Shown here one piece after another: positions 31,247-39,192 of a DNA stretch of 59,124 nt (position 1 is its first letter; each line of letters begins with the position of its first letter). The notes beneath the pieces were generated by a model. That model ran no database searches and was not told where the DNA came from. It saw only the letters and a list, made by a program, of their open reading frames with translations. The position numbers and the translations under genes were made by a program. This stretch comes from a virus (taxonomy: Duplodnaviria > Caudoviricetes), in IMG/VR virus record IMGVR_UViG_3300020306_000005, positions 1-59,124 of that record; one strand, given 5' to 3'.

Positions 31247-31399
31247 ACGGTTGTGTGTTCCTTTAAGTGCAATGTTGAAAGACAGCCTAACAATGGAGGA
31301 GCACATAGCTGTAACGTCGAGTCCACTTGCGGACTTTAAAATTGCCAGTCGAGGTTTTTCGGGGTGGGGGTTACAAGACTTTAAACGAAACTCCCCCAC
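31247..31399 (+). ncRNA. candidate structured non-coding or leader RNA
   Basis: 16-bp stem 31247-31262/31297-31312 whose four non-Watson-Crick pairs are all G-U; inner UGUU-GAAA-GACA hairpin; two further hairpins; upstream promoter-like tract. Confidence 0.55.
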
Positions 31400-31422
31400 A
31401 ATTTAGTTAGAAAGGAAGAGTA

Positions 31423-31716
31423 ATGGAAGAAACTAAAGTACATAATAGCAAATTTGGTTACACTACTGTGCCAAAAAAAGCAGATGAACTTGAAGTTGCT
31501 TATACAGTCTATTCGAGATGGGAACTAAACGAACCTATTGAGAAAGCCTATTCTTGGTGGATTAAGTATGATAAACTTCATGTTGTATGGCGACAAGGTG
31601 AGGGGTATGTTGAATACTTACCTGTATCAGAAGCACGCCATAGAGATTTTAAACACCCTGACGAAAATGGGATATTTCTAAATGGCGAACCAGTGGAGGA
31701 AAAACTTGAAGAATAA
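31423..31716 (+). CDS. hypothetical protein
   Basis: AGAAAGGAAGA RBS. Confidence 0.6.
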   Translation: MEETKVHNSKFGYTTVPKKADELEVAYTVYSRWELNEPIEKAYSWWIKYDKLHVVWRQGEGYVEYLPVSEARHRDFKHPDENGIFLNGEPVEEKLEE

Positions 31717-32029
31717 TTTCCCTGATCCATATAAGTCTTCTAATCTTTTAGAGTTTATTGTATCGAACGATTGGAGACAAGTAACTAAATCAGATTTACT
31801 TTCACATGCTGGCATAGAAAACACTAAGTCTGCACGCATATGTGAGTTATCAGATAGGCAGTTTATTATCGATGGTAACATACTATACGAGTACCACGAT
31901 GAAAATCATTATTCCCATAACCAATGGGAACTAACCTCAGTGCTTAATTTAAGAAAGGAATTTACAAATGAACAGGATACAAATGAAAGAAAAAGAATTA
32001 CTAGGTTATTTGAACAAAATGGATATTAA
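31682..32029 (+). CDS. hypothetical protein (start uncertain)
   Basis: ORF in tightly packed early cluster. Confidence 0.5.
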   Translation: MANQWRKNLKNNFPDPYKSSNLLEFIVSNDWRQVTKSDLLSHAGIENTKSARICELSDRQFIIDGNILYEYHDENHYSHNQWELTSVLNLRKEFTNEQDTNERKRITRLFEQNGY

Positions 32030-32378
32030 AGAATATGGTAGAGTATTTTTCGATGCTCATACCATATTCAAACCCTCAGACTTTTATGATCTAGGACTAC
32101 CGAAAGATTATGTAGATCAGTTTATTTATAATTATCAAACCGATCATACTGACTTAACAGGTAAGGGAGTTATAACTGATCATGATGGAGAAATAATTAA
32201 TGACTTAGAAGGCGTTATGGCAATACGAATAGCAGAGAATATGGCATCTACTCTTGGTTTAAGAAAAGCAATGTCTGAAGCTAATTCAAAGTTCGGTAGA
32301 GGTGCTACGCTAAGAGTATTATCAGGAGCCATATGGCAAGAAGCAGAAAGGAAGAAAAATGAAATACACAAAAGCTGA
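31968..32378 (+). CDS. hypothetical protein
   Basis: AGAAAGGA RBS. Confidence 0.6.
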   Translation: MNRIQMKEKELLGYLNKMDIKEYGRVFFDAHTIFKPSDFYDLGLPKDYVDQFIYNYQTDHTDLTGKGVITDHDGEIINDLEGVMAIRIAENMASTLGLRKAMSEANSKFGRGATLRVLSGAIWQEAERKKNEIHKS

Positions 32379-32574
32379 GATTAAAATTGTAGCCGACTTT
32401 GAAAAGTTAATTAAGAAAAAAGGATGGCAACCTATGGAGACAAAGGGAGTAGGGGGTGCTTGGTTTGGTGGTAAATCACATTACAAACTGGCTGACTATG
32501 TGCCTAGTAAAGTTTTTGATCAAGTTAACCTTGAAGATATAGATTTTTTAGTACTTGGATGGAGGACAGATTAA
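32359..32574 (+). CDS. hypothetical protein
   Basis: AGAAAGGAAGA RBS. Confidence 0.6.
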   Translation: MKYTKAEIKIVADFEKLIKKKGWQPMETKGVGGAWFGGKSHYKLADYVPSKVFDQVNLEDIDFLVLGWRTD

Positions 32575-32751
32575 ATGAGTTGTGACCAAAACGATCACGC
32601 AATAGGTGATATTTTAACAGAGATTAGTTCTATGACTATAAATGACTTTCAAAACAAGATAGAAGAATATAGAATAAAAGAAGTTAACAGCGTTATTGAT
32701 TTAGCAGTTGCTGATCTAGCTGAAAAGCTTTTTGAAGAAAGGGGGCGTTAA
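32575..32751 (+). CDS. hypothetical protein (58 aa, not in ORF track)
   Basis: GGAGG RBS; MSCDQNDH...KLFEERGR fills the gap exactly. Confidence 0.6.
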   Translation: MSCDQNDHAIGDILTEISSMTINDFQNKIEEYRIKEVNSVIDLAVADLAEKLFEERGR

Positions 32752-32984
32752 TGATTTTAACAACTAAAGGTTATTATCGAATCAGACTGAAAACAAAAGG
32801 TCAGTCTGGTTCATCATATATTGGTTCATATAAGACAAGGGAAGAAGCTGAAGCTAGGATAAGATCATTGTCCTCATATCTTCGCAACCAAAACTTTTAC
32901 TCAATAGAGATAGAAGAAATGAATAATGCATTACGCTTCGAGTGCCACGATAAAAAACATAATAATCCTATATTTTCTCTTTAA
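32751..32984 (+). CDS. hypothetical protein, AP2-like fragment
   Basis: YIGSYKTREEAEA motif. Confidence 0.5.
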   Translation: MILTTKGYYRIRLKTKGQSGSSYIGSYKTREEAEARIRSLSSYLRNQNFYSIEIEEMNNALRFECHDKKHNNPIFSL

Positions 32985-33031
32985 ATCTTACTTTATACTT
33001 AAAGTATAAATAATAAAAGTAGAAAGGTAGA
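32948..33031 (+). promoter_or_regulatory. early promoter cassette (CGATAAAA...TATACT...AGAAAGGTAGA)
   Basis: CGAT motif starts 46 nt before TATACT (32994). Confidence 0.6.
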
Positions 33032-33033
33032 TT

Positions 33034-33228
33034 ATGAAATATTGTAAAGTTTGTAACGAGCAGTTGATACCACCTGCTCGTTTTATTCTTGGCTATCGTA
33101 CTTGTTTACCATGTGGCGAAGCTGAGGCAAAGAAAAGAGTACACACTGTTGTACCATTACATAAGTCTAATTACATCGTTGTAAGTAACCGAGCCGATCT
33201 TGTCGGTATAAATACGAAAGGAGCATAA
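33034..33228 (+). CDS. DksA/TraR-like C4 zinc finger protein
   Basis: CKVCNEQLIPPARFILGYRTCLPC. Confidence 0.55.
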   Translation: MKYCKVCNEQLIPPARFILGYRTCLPCGEAEAKKRVHTVVPLHKSNYIVVSNRADLVGINTKGA

Positions 33229-33437
33229 TGATGGATAAGTTTATTAACCATTATAATTGGCATATTCGTTACCCAGATGGGGATGATGAATATTGGTATT
33301 TAACAGTTGCTGATGCTATTGCTGATTTTGGTAGACTACAAGTAATACATAATGGCAAGTGTACAATTGATCTTATTGAGTTAAGTGCCATACGTGCAGC
33401 ACGAGAAAAATCTGCAAAGCAAGAGGTATCTAAATGA
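33228..33437 (+). CDS. hypothetical protein
   Basis: AAGGAG RBS, translationally coupled. Confidence 0.55.
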   Translation: MMDKFINHYNWHIRYPDGDDEYWYLTVADAIADFGRLQVIHNGKCTIDLIELSAIRAAREKSAKQEVSK

Positions 33438-33691
33438 TGGATAGAACTAAAATTATGGTTTGTTGCATTTGCCAAGAATCAATTAAGCCAAAGTATCTTG
33501 GGAAAGATAAGGATGGTGAGGACTACTATTGGTATGAGGGCGAAAACCCTGAGCCTATAGCACCTTATAAAGACGAAAATAATCAAAGAAATGCTTGTTG
33601 TACCGACTGCAATAGTAAAGTTGTTTTACCAGCAAGGATGACCGAGATAACTTTATCACAATTAAAAAAGAAAGGAAAAGAAAATGAATGA
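33434..33691 (+). CDS. Zn-binding hypothetical protein
   Basis: CCIC...NPEP...CCTDCN...VLPAR. Confidence 0.6.
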   Translation: MMDRTKIMVCCICQESIKPKYLGKDKDGEDYYWYEGENPEPIAPYKDENNQRNACCTDCNSKVVLPARMTEITLSQLKKKGKENE

Positions 33692-33899
33692 TCCCATTTC
33701 AAATATGGGCGATATCGTCAATAAAGTTTATGACGATAAGATGTCCGAAGTTGTTCGTGACGCAGGAAAAGAACTTGCTGAACTAAAACAAAAAGTTAAG
33801 GAAGCACGAGAAGAAAATATTAGGTTGAAAGCTACGATCAAAGCACAAAATAATATAATTGAACTTATTGATCGATTACAAAAGGCTCGTGAAAAATGA
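33684..33899 (+). CDS. coiled-coil hypothetical protein
   Basis: AGAAAGGA RBS. Confidence 0.55.
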   Translation: MNDPISNMGDIVNKVYDDKMSEVVRDAGKELAELKQKVKEAREENIRLKATIKAQNNIIELIDRLQKAREK

Positions 33900-34063
33900 A
33901 GAAAAACGCAATTATTAGACAAGTCAAAAAGGGCTTGTCTAGTGATGCCATTGTTGGAATGTTTTTAAATAAAGAATGTTCGAACAAAGACGAGATTTTA
34001 AGCATCATTAAAAAACATAAGTGGGAACAATTTAAAAAAGGCTCAGTCTGGAGGAGAGACTGA
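33896..34063 (+). CDS. hypothetical protein (55 aa, not in ORF track)
   Basis: ATGA overlap; MKKNAIIRQV...SVWRRD. Confidence 0.5.
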   Translation: MKKNAIIRQVKKGLSSDAIVGMFLNKECSNKDEILSIIKKHKWEQFKKGSVWRRD

Positions 34064-34111
34064 GCCCTATAGTTTGGATTACGTTCAATCAATGATAGCT
34101 TAAACAAAAAA

Positions 34112-34205
34112 CGATTAAAAGCATTATTTTGTAATAGTAATCGTTTTTATTCTGGTTTACTATAATAAATATAGTAAATTAATTTGATTTGCAGAAAGGA
34201 GAAAG
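34112..34205 (+). promoter_or_regulatory. early promoter cassette
   Basis: CGATTAAAA, TACTATAAT at +46, AGAAAGGAGAAAG RBS. Confidence 0.6.
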
Positions 34206-34208
34206 ACT

Positions 34209-35210
34209 ATGGCACATCAAATCGAAACGATGGCTTATGCTAACGAAGTTCCTTGGCATAAGCTAGGCACTCAAGTCAGCGATGACTTGACACCTGCAGA
34301 AATGCAGAAAGCTGCAAAGCTTGATTGGACAGTAAGTAAGCGACCAGCTTATACTATTACTGATCCAGAGTATCACGAAAAGACTGGAGTGATGCACTGC
34401 GAGGGGCATCACTTTATTGTTCGTGATAACGATTCAAGAGTTTTATCGCATTGTGGTGATAATTATATCCCAATACAAAACGACGAGATTTTTGATTTCT
34501 TCGTTAAGTTTACTAAAGCAGGTCACATGAAAATGGAGACTGCAGGTTCACTTAAAGATGGTGGTGAGATTTGGGGTTTAGCCAAACTTGCAGATGACTT
34601 CAAGTTAGTTGGTGGTGACGAAGTAAAAGGTTATCTTTTGATTAATCAGCCACACACTGCAGGTAAAGCTATGACGATTAAGTTTACACCGATACGAGTT
34701 GTATGTAATAATACACTTACAATGGCGTTACAAGGTAATGGGACAGCACTTCGTATGCCCCATGTAAAACAGTTCGATGAAGACGTAAGGAAATCTGCAG
34801 AAGAAGCACTTGGTCTTAGTAGCCAAGCAATTAAAGACTTTAAAGATAAGTCCGAGTTTCTTGCATCGAGGCAGTATAAAGAAGAACCACTTCTCAATTA
34901 TCTTGCTGAACTTTATCAACCACAGTTGCTTATCGACAAAGCGAAAACACCTGATACTGAGTTTATTGTACGAGAGAATATCAATAAGACTATCGAGCAA
35001 GTCCTTCAAAATATTGATGCTTCTCCAGGAGCAACAATGAAATCAGCTAAAGGAACATGGTGGGGTGCATTGAACGGAGTTACCTATAAAGAAGATCATC
35101 AACGTTCTTCAAAAGGTGAGGGTAATGCACTACACTCAGCATGGTTTGGAGTTGGAGCGAACCGTAAGGCGAAAGCCCTAGATTTGGCTATTCAATATGC
35201 AGACGCTTAA
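34209..35210 (+). CDS. DUF932/TIGR03299-family protein
   Basis: MAHQIETMAY, PWHKLG, ETAGSL, TPIRVVCNNTL and GTWWGALNGVT motifs. Confidence 0.85.
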   Translation: MAHQIETMAYANEVPWHKLGTQVSDDLTPAEMQKAAKLDWTVSKRPAYTITDPEYHEKTGVMHCEGHHFIVRDNDSRVLSHCGDNYIPIQNDEIFDFFVKFTKAGHMKMETAGSLKDGGEIWGLAKLADDFKLVGGDEVKGYLLINQPHTAGKAMTIKFTPIRVVCNNTLTMALQGNGTALRMPHVKQFDEDVRKSAEEALGLSSQAIKDFKDKSEFLASRQYKEEPLLNYLAELYQPQLLIDKAKTPDTEFIVRENINKTIEQVLQNIDASPGATMKSAKGTWWGALNGVTYKEDHQRSSKGEGNALHSAWFGVGANRKAKALDLAIQYADA

Positions 35211-35288
35211 CTTCATGGACTATGTCCAGTTCGTCATGGACATAGTCATACTCGTCACAATGTAATGATTGTGACACTTTCTACCTTT

Positions 35289-35318
35289 ACCCCACAGTTT
35301 AACGACTGTGGGGTTTTT
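35289..35318 (+). terminator. Rho-independent terminator
   Basis: ACCCCACAGT/ACTGTGGGGT stem plus T tract. Confidence 0.8.
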
Positions 35319-35319
35319 A

Positions 35320-35406
35320 CGATTAAAACGAATACTTTCGTTTTTAATTCGTTTTAATCTTAAGCTATACTATATATAAATAAAAAATAATTTTTAGAAA
35401 GGAAGA
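35320..35406 (+). promoter_or_regulatory. early promoter cassette
   Basis: CGATTAAAA; TTTAAT-17-TATACT (35366, +46); AGAAAGGAAGA. Confidence 0.65.
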
Positions 35407-35411
35407 ACGAT

Positions 35412-35693
35412 ATGTGGAAACATTTAGGTAATGAAGATGGTAATGGTTTCGGATATTGCGAATATTGGCATTTCGAAGATCCTGCTCACCCAGAGCATCC
35501 AAGCGAGATCCCTGAGACAATGAATCATGGACAAAATGGTTTACATTTTGTTGGACAGTGTAAGTCAGATGATCGAACGGTTAAGTACGATATCTATCAA
35601 TATACTGACCAAAACTATTTATATATTATTCATGTTCACGATGAAACATGGAATTATTTTAGATACGAGTTAGAGAGGGGAGCAGTCGAATGA
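35412..35693 (+). CDS. hypothetical protein
   Basis: Own promoter and RBS. Confidence 0.6.
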   Translation: MWKHLGNEDGNGFGYCEYWHFEDPAHPEHPSEIPETMNHGQNGLHFVGQCKSDDRTVKYDIYQYTDQNYLYIIHVHDETWNYFRYELERGAVE

Positions 35694-36301
35694 CAAAAAC
35701 AAAAGACTCGACTGATCTAACAGTCAGAACGAATTGGATGGATCTGAAAGGTCGGCTAATTCAACTCTTCGATGATACTCAATTGGAAAAAACTAATGAG
35801 TTTTGTCTTTGTTATGATAATGGTTCTAGTTTAACTTTTGTAGTTGATGAGACTACTGAACTTCATGTTACTCATTCTTACTACTCTGTTATTGCTTTAG
35901 TTATTTATATTGATGGTCATGGTTATCGCCATGTTCAGCAGGAATGGTTTGGTAATCACTGTATGGAGTTAACTAGTACATCTTATGAAACTGAGGCTCA
36001 TGAATTTATTAAGTCTATTCAAAAGATATTTGAACGCTACTATATTTATCAAATTGGTTGGGAGATTCCTGATCGTATTGGTAAAAAAATGGGATATTGT
36101 GAAGATGGTTTTACTAAAGATGTTTGTCTTCTTACGATCCAAGATTTCGGTGAGTTTCGTAATCTTGATCTTCCTGCTTCAAATGATGGCGTAAAATATT
36201 TTTTACGTCGTGTTCGTTTTGTCCACGGAAAAGTTCAACCATGGACTACTAAGAAGCCTACACATAACCGAGAACTGACTGTAACATTAACTGCTAAATG
36301 A
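35690..36301 (+). CDS. hypothetical protein
   Basis: GGGAG RBS, ATGA overlap. Confidence 0.6.
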   Translation: MTKTKDSTDLTVRTNWMDLKGRLIQLFDDTQLEKTNEFCLCYDNGSSLTFVVDETTELHVTHSYYSVIALVIYIDGHGYRHVQQEWFGNHCMELTSTSYETEAHEFIKSIQKIFERYYIYQIGWEIPDRIGKKMGYCEDGFTKDVCLLTIQDFGEFRNLDLPASNDGVKYFLRRVRFVHGKVQPWTTKKPTHNRELTVTLTAK

Positions 36302-36314
36302 AGGAGGCATCATA

Positions 36315-36497
36315 ATGAATACTACAGGTGATTTCATAAAAACACAGAAGAATCGAAATCTTGTTCAATTATCAAACGCTGAGACGATCAAAGAGTTAAA
36401 AGAGATCCAAGAGATGTTATACAATAATCAGGGTATTCAACTCAGTCTTCAAAAAGTTGTCGATCATCTGATTCATCATTATTTGAAAGAAAGATAA
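36315..36497 (+). CDS. hypothetical protein
   Basis: AAGGAGG RBS. Confidence 0.6.
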   Translation: MNTTGDFIKTQKNRNLVQLSNAETIKELKEIQEMLYNNQGIQLSLQKVVDHLIHHYLKER

Positions 36498-36616
36498 TGG
36501 GAGAATACGAGTGTATTGACTGTAATGAAATCTTTTGGGCAGAGGAGCCTCCTCACCCAAAAGATCTTTGTGATAAATGCATAAAAGAAAGGAGAGTAAC
36601 CGATAAAAAAGATTAG
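36497..36616 (+). CDS. 39-aa zinc-finger peptide (not in ORF track)
   Basis: MGEYECIDCNE...LCDKC, coupled to the upstream stop. Confidence 0.55.
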   Translation: MGEYECIDCNEIFWAEEPPHPKDLCDKCIKERRVTDKKD

Positions 36617-36689
36617 AAAGCCCTTTACTATAGTAAGGTTTTCAAGTATCATAATGGTATAACTTAAATATTTATAGAAAGGAAGAAAG
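36601..36689 (+). promoter_or_regulatory. early promoter cassette
   Basis: CGATAAAA; TTTACT-17-TATCAT (36647, +46); AGAAAGGAAGAAAG. Confidence 0.7.
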
Positions 36690-36691
36690 TT

Positions 36692-37015
36692 ATGACTAAA
36701 GCAAAAAAAGTTGCGAAAACAACAGAAACTAAGAATAGCCCAGTTGGTAATTCAGGGATCCCTGCACCATCTAAAAATGGGTTCAATAACAGAAAAGTAA
36801 AGTTATTGACTAAGTCTATTGAGAACAGAAAGATTGCTGACCAAGCGATGGTTGTTCTTAATACTCTCGAAGCATTGGGAGGTGAAGCCACACAGGGTGC
36901 AGTTGTAGATGCTATGGTAGAGAACGGTTTAAAATCTGTTCAAACACCGAAAAGGATTTATGACTTTTACAGAAAAATGTTAACTGAAGCTGGTTACATT
37001 AAACTGGACGCTTAA
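36692..37015 (+). CDS. small basic winged-helix-like protein (paralog of 39193)
   Basis: QAMVVLNTLEALGGEAT...QTPKRIYDFY. Confidence 0.6.
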   Translation: MTKAKKVAKTTETKNSPVGNSGIPAPSKNGFNNRKVKLLTKSIENRKIADQAMVVLNTLEALGGEATQGAVVDAMVENGLKSVQTPKRIYDFYRKMLTEAGYIKLDA

Positions 37016-37023
37016 TAATAAAG

Positions 37024-37047
37024 AGGGGCTTACAGCCCCTTTTTTTT
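37024..37047 (+). terminator. Rho-independent terminator
   Basis: AGGGGCT-TAC-AGCCCCT plus T tract. Confidence 0.8.
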
Positions 37048-37048
37048 A

Positions 37049-37134
37049 CGATTAAAAAGAAAGGTTTCGGTTTTATTTCTATTTAATCTTTTTGTATACT
37101 ATTTATATATTAAAAATTTAGTTAGAAAGGTAGA
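37049..37134 (+). promoter_or_regulatory. early promoter cassette
   Basis: CGATTAAAA; TTTATT-17-TATACT (37095, +46); AGAAAGGTAGA. Confidence 0.7.
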
Positions 37135-37138
37135 AAAA

Positions 37139-37378
37139 ATGACTAATACATTAGTAGAAAATTTGATAAAAGCGACTGAGCCAAAGACAACATATCGACT
37201 AGGTTGTCATCATTTGAGGTACTTTCGCAGAGACGCATACCCAACCTCCATTGAAAGAGTATTTAGTACAATTTATACTTCTTTTGATAAAGCTGGTCGT
37301 GCATTAGTTGATATGGAAAAGTTAGTCGATAGAGAACAGCCTAACGATGTTTATACTTTTTTCATCAGAGAGCAGTAG
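37139..37378 (+). CDS. hypothetical protein
   Basis: Own promoter and RBS. Confidence 0.6.
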   Translation: MTNTLVENLIKATEPKTTYRLGCHHLRYFRRDAYPTSIERVFSTIYTSFDKAGRALVDMEKLVDREQPNDVYTFFIREQ

Positions 37379-37379
37379 A

Positions 37380-37727
37380 ATGGGACACGCTTATTTTACT
37401 GATGAACAAAGGGAGTTCATAGCTTCGACTTTGTATTATTATCATAGCCGATATTTCATGAGTCCAAGAGACAAAGTATTATATAACAAAGTACTGAGTA
37501 ACTTAGGATCACCAAAGAGTACTGGCAGTCCATGGAATGGTTATTATCCATACATTTATGGGGATCTTGAAAAAGATCTCCACAAAGGTAAATTTGGGAG
37601 TTTAGAAGATTATAACAAAGCTGTCGAAAAAGGTACAAGCAAACATGGTGTCAAAATGGCTAAATACTGTTGGTTTGTAGAAACAGAGATCCCACCTTAC
37701 CACGAAAAAAGAGTACTCGCACGATAA
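37380..37727 (+). CDS. hypothetical protein
   Basis: Probable start MGHAY right after the upstream stop. Confidence 0.55.
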   Translation: MGHAYFTDEQREFIASTLYYYHSRYFMSPRDKVLYNKVLSNLGSPKSTGSPWNGYYPYIYGDLEKDLHKGKFGSLEDYNKAVEKGTSKHGVKMAKYCWFVETEIPPYHEKRVLAR

Positions 37728-37794
37728 AGACAGGGGCAGAAATGCCCCAATGTCTCATCTAAACACTTTTCACATTTTAAATACATAAAACTCC

Positions 37795-37907
37795 ATCATA
37801 ATGTCATAATGTCATAGAATTGCTTGTAATGCACTGTGAGCCTTGAATCATGGGTATGATATTTCGATTTCAAATATGATATATCAAGTTATAGATAAAG
37901 GGTCGTG
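37795..37907 (+). repeat. copy B of the dispersed inverted element
   Basis: ATCATAAT-GTCATAAT-GTCATAGA and ATAGATAAAGGGTCGTG (37891-37907), the exact reverse complement of 19046-19062. Confidence 0.85.
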
Positions 37908-38008
37908 GGAAAGATTTTATGATATGATTACATAAATTCATTTTAAAATTACATTGTATTTGGTAAGATTTGTGATATCATACATCTTGAAAGTATGAAT
38001 AGGACAAA

Positions 38009-38587
38009 TTGATGAGAGACCTCGAGTATACTCCAGTTTTGCCATCAGAGTGTGGGAACTACTGGATCGCCCCAGATGGTAAGAGACACAGACCCTTATT
38101 ACCAAAGCATAAAAAGTTCTGTAGACTTTACGTTGAAGGAATGTCTGCTGCAAAAGCAGCAAGAAAATCAGGCTTTACCAAAGACATGATTGGCTCAAAA
38201 GTTCAAGGTTCTGCGATGCTTCGCAAAAACCCATTAATTGCAAATTTCATTATCGAACTTTTGAATAAACAAAATCAAAGGGCAGAAGTAAGTGTTGATT
38301 CACATCTAACAGAACTTTCCCATTTGCGTGACGAAGCGAAGGATTCAGGGCAAATTGCTGCGGCGATCTCGGCAGAGGTGTCAAGGGGTAAGGTCGCAGG
38401 ACTTTATATTGATCGTAAGGAAGTAATGGTATCAAAGATGGAGACTATGTCATCGGAGGATCTTATATCAAGGATAAAGCAAATTGTTGATGGGAGCAAC
38501 ATAAAAACAATCAATCATGAAGACGGAGAAAGCATTATACCAAGCATTGAAAACCAACCTGCCGAAAGTTCACTGGCAAAGGATTGA
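38009..38587 (+). CDS. terS: terminase small subunit (TTG start)
   Basis: KKFCRLYVEGMSAAKAARKSGF HTH and AAISAEVSRGKVAGLY motif. Confidence 0.75.
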   Translation: MMRDLEYTPVLPSECGNYWIAPDGKRHRPLLPKHKKFCRLYVEGMSAAKAARKSGFTKDMIGSKVQGSAMLRKNPLIANFIIELLNKQNQRAEVSVDSHLTELSHLRDEAKDSGQIAAAISAEVSRGKVAGLYIDRKEVMVSKMETMSSEDLISRIKQIVDGSNIKTINHEDGESIIPSIENQPAESSLAKD

Positions 38588-38909
38588 GATTGGTTCATTA
38601 GGGACAGGGGTTCCTGATGTTAATGCGTGTTGGCAAGGCAAAGAAGTTTGGATTGAACTTAAACTCGGTTCGCTTCAGTCAATCAATCTTTCGCCTCAGC
38701 AATGCGCATGGCACATGCGTAGAGCAAACGCAGGTGGTGTTTCATGGATTCTTTCATACGATCATTCAAAACGAGAGTTATGGTTGATTCCAGGAATCGA
38801 GTCAATCAATCTAAGAGAACGTACTCTTTCATCATCAGATCTTATTCATCATCAAAGCTCGCCATTTGACTGGAAAGTATTGATAAAGAAAATTTGTATG
38901 ATTGACTGA
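38517..38909 (+). CDS. PD-(D/E)xK nuclease (VRR-NUC/Holliday resolvase-like)
   Basis: RIE...GVPDV...WIELK...LSPQQCAW motif. Confidence 0.8.
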   Translation: MKTEKALYQALKTNLPKVHWQRIEIGSLGTGVPDVNACWQGKEVWIELKLGSLQSINLSPQQCAWHMRRANAGGVSWILSYDHSKRELWLIPGIESINLRERTLSSSDLIHHQSSPFDWKVLIKKICMID

Positions 38910-38916
38910 CTGCCGT

Positions 38917-39097
38917 CTTTCATCATCACCTTTCATCATCACCTTTCATCAACAAAAGATAATATAACGAGTACATATATACATACATACAAAGAAGCAA
39001 TGATAGATAGACCGATAGACCGACCGATAGACAGACCGATAGACAGACCGACCGATTATTTCCTAAAAAGAAATAGACATTTTCCTAGAAAGAAATA
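38917..39097. repeat. short tandem repeat cluster (probable genome end/packaging region)
   Basis: CTTTCATCATCAC x2.7; GATA/GACC/GACA tetramer array 39002-39057; TTTCCTA(A/G)AAAGAAATA x2. Confidence 0.85.
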
Positions 39098-39192
39098 ATA
39101 AACGCTTTACTTTAGTAAATATTAGTATACTATAATAGGTAAGGGGCTAGGTGGTCTAGCCCCTATAACTAGTCAAGAAAGGTAGAAATATT

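Noticed and set aside
31247-31399. tRNA, tmRNA, hammerhead or twister ribozyme
   Set aside because: No cloverleaf or T-arm, no CUGANGA core, and only a partial GGUUACAAG resemblance to twister. Kept as an unknown RNA.
34040-34066. 10-bp hairpin GGCTCAGTCT/AGACTGAGCC as a terminator
   Set aside because: No U tract and it overlaps a CDS end; function unsupported.
38917-39097. CRISPR-like or mini-array
   Set aside because: Units are 4-17 nt tandem repeats with no unique spacers, and there are no cas genes.
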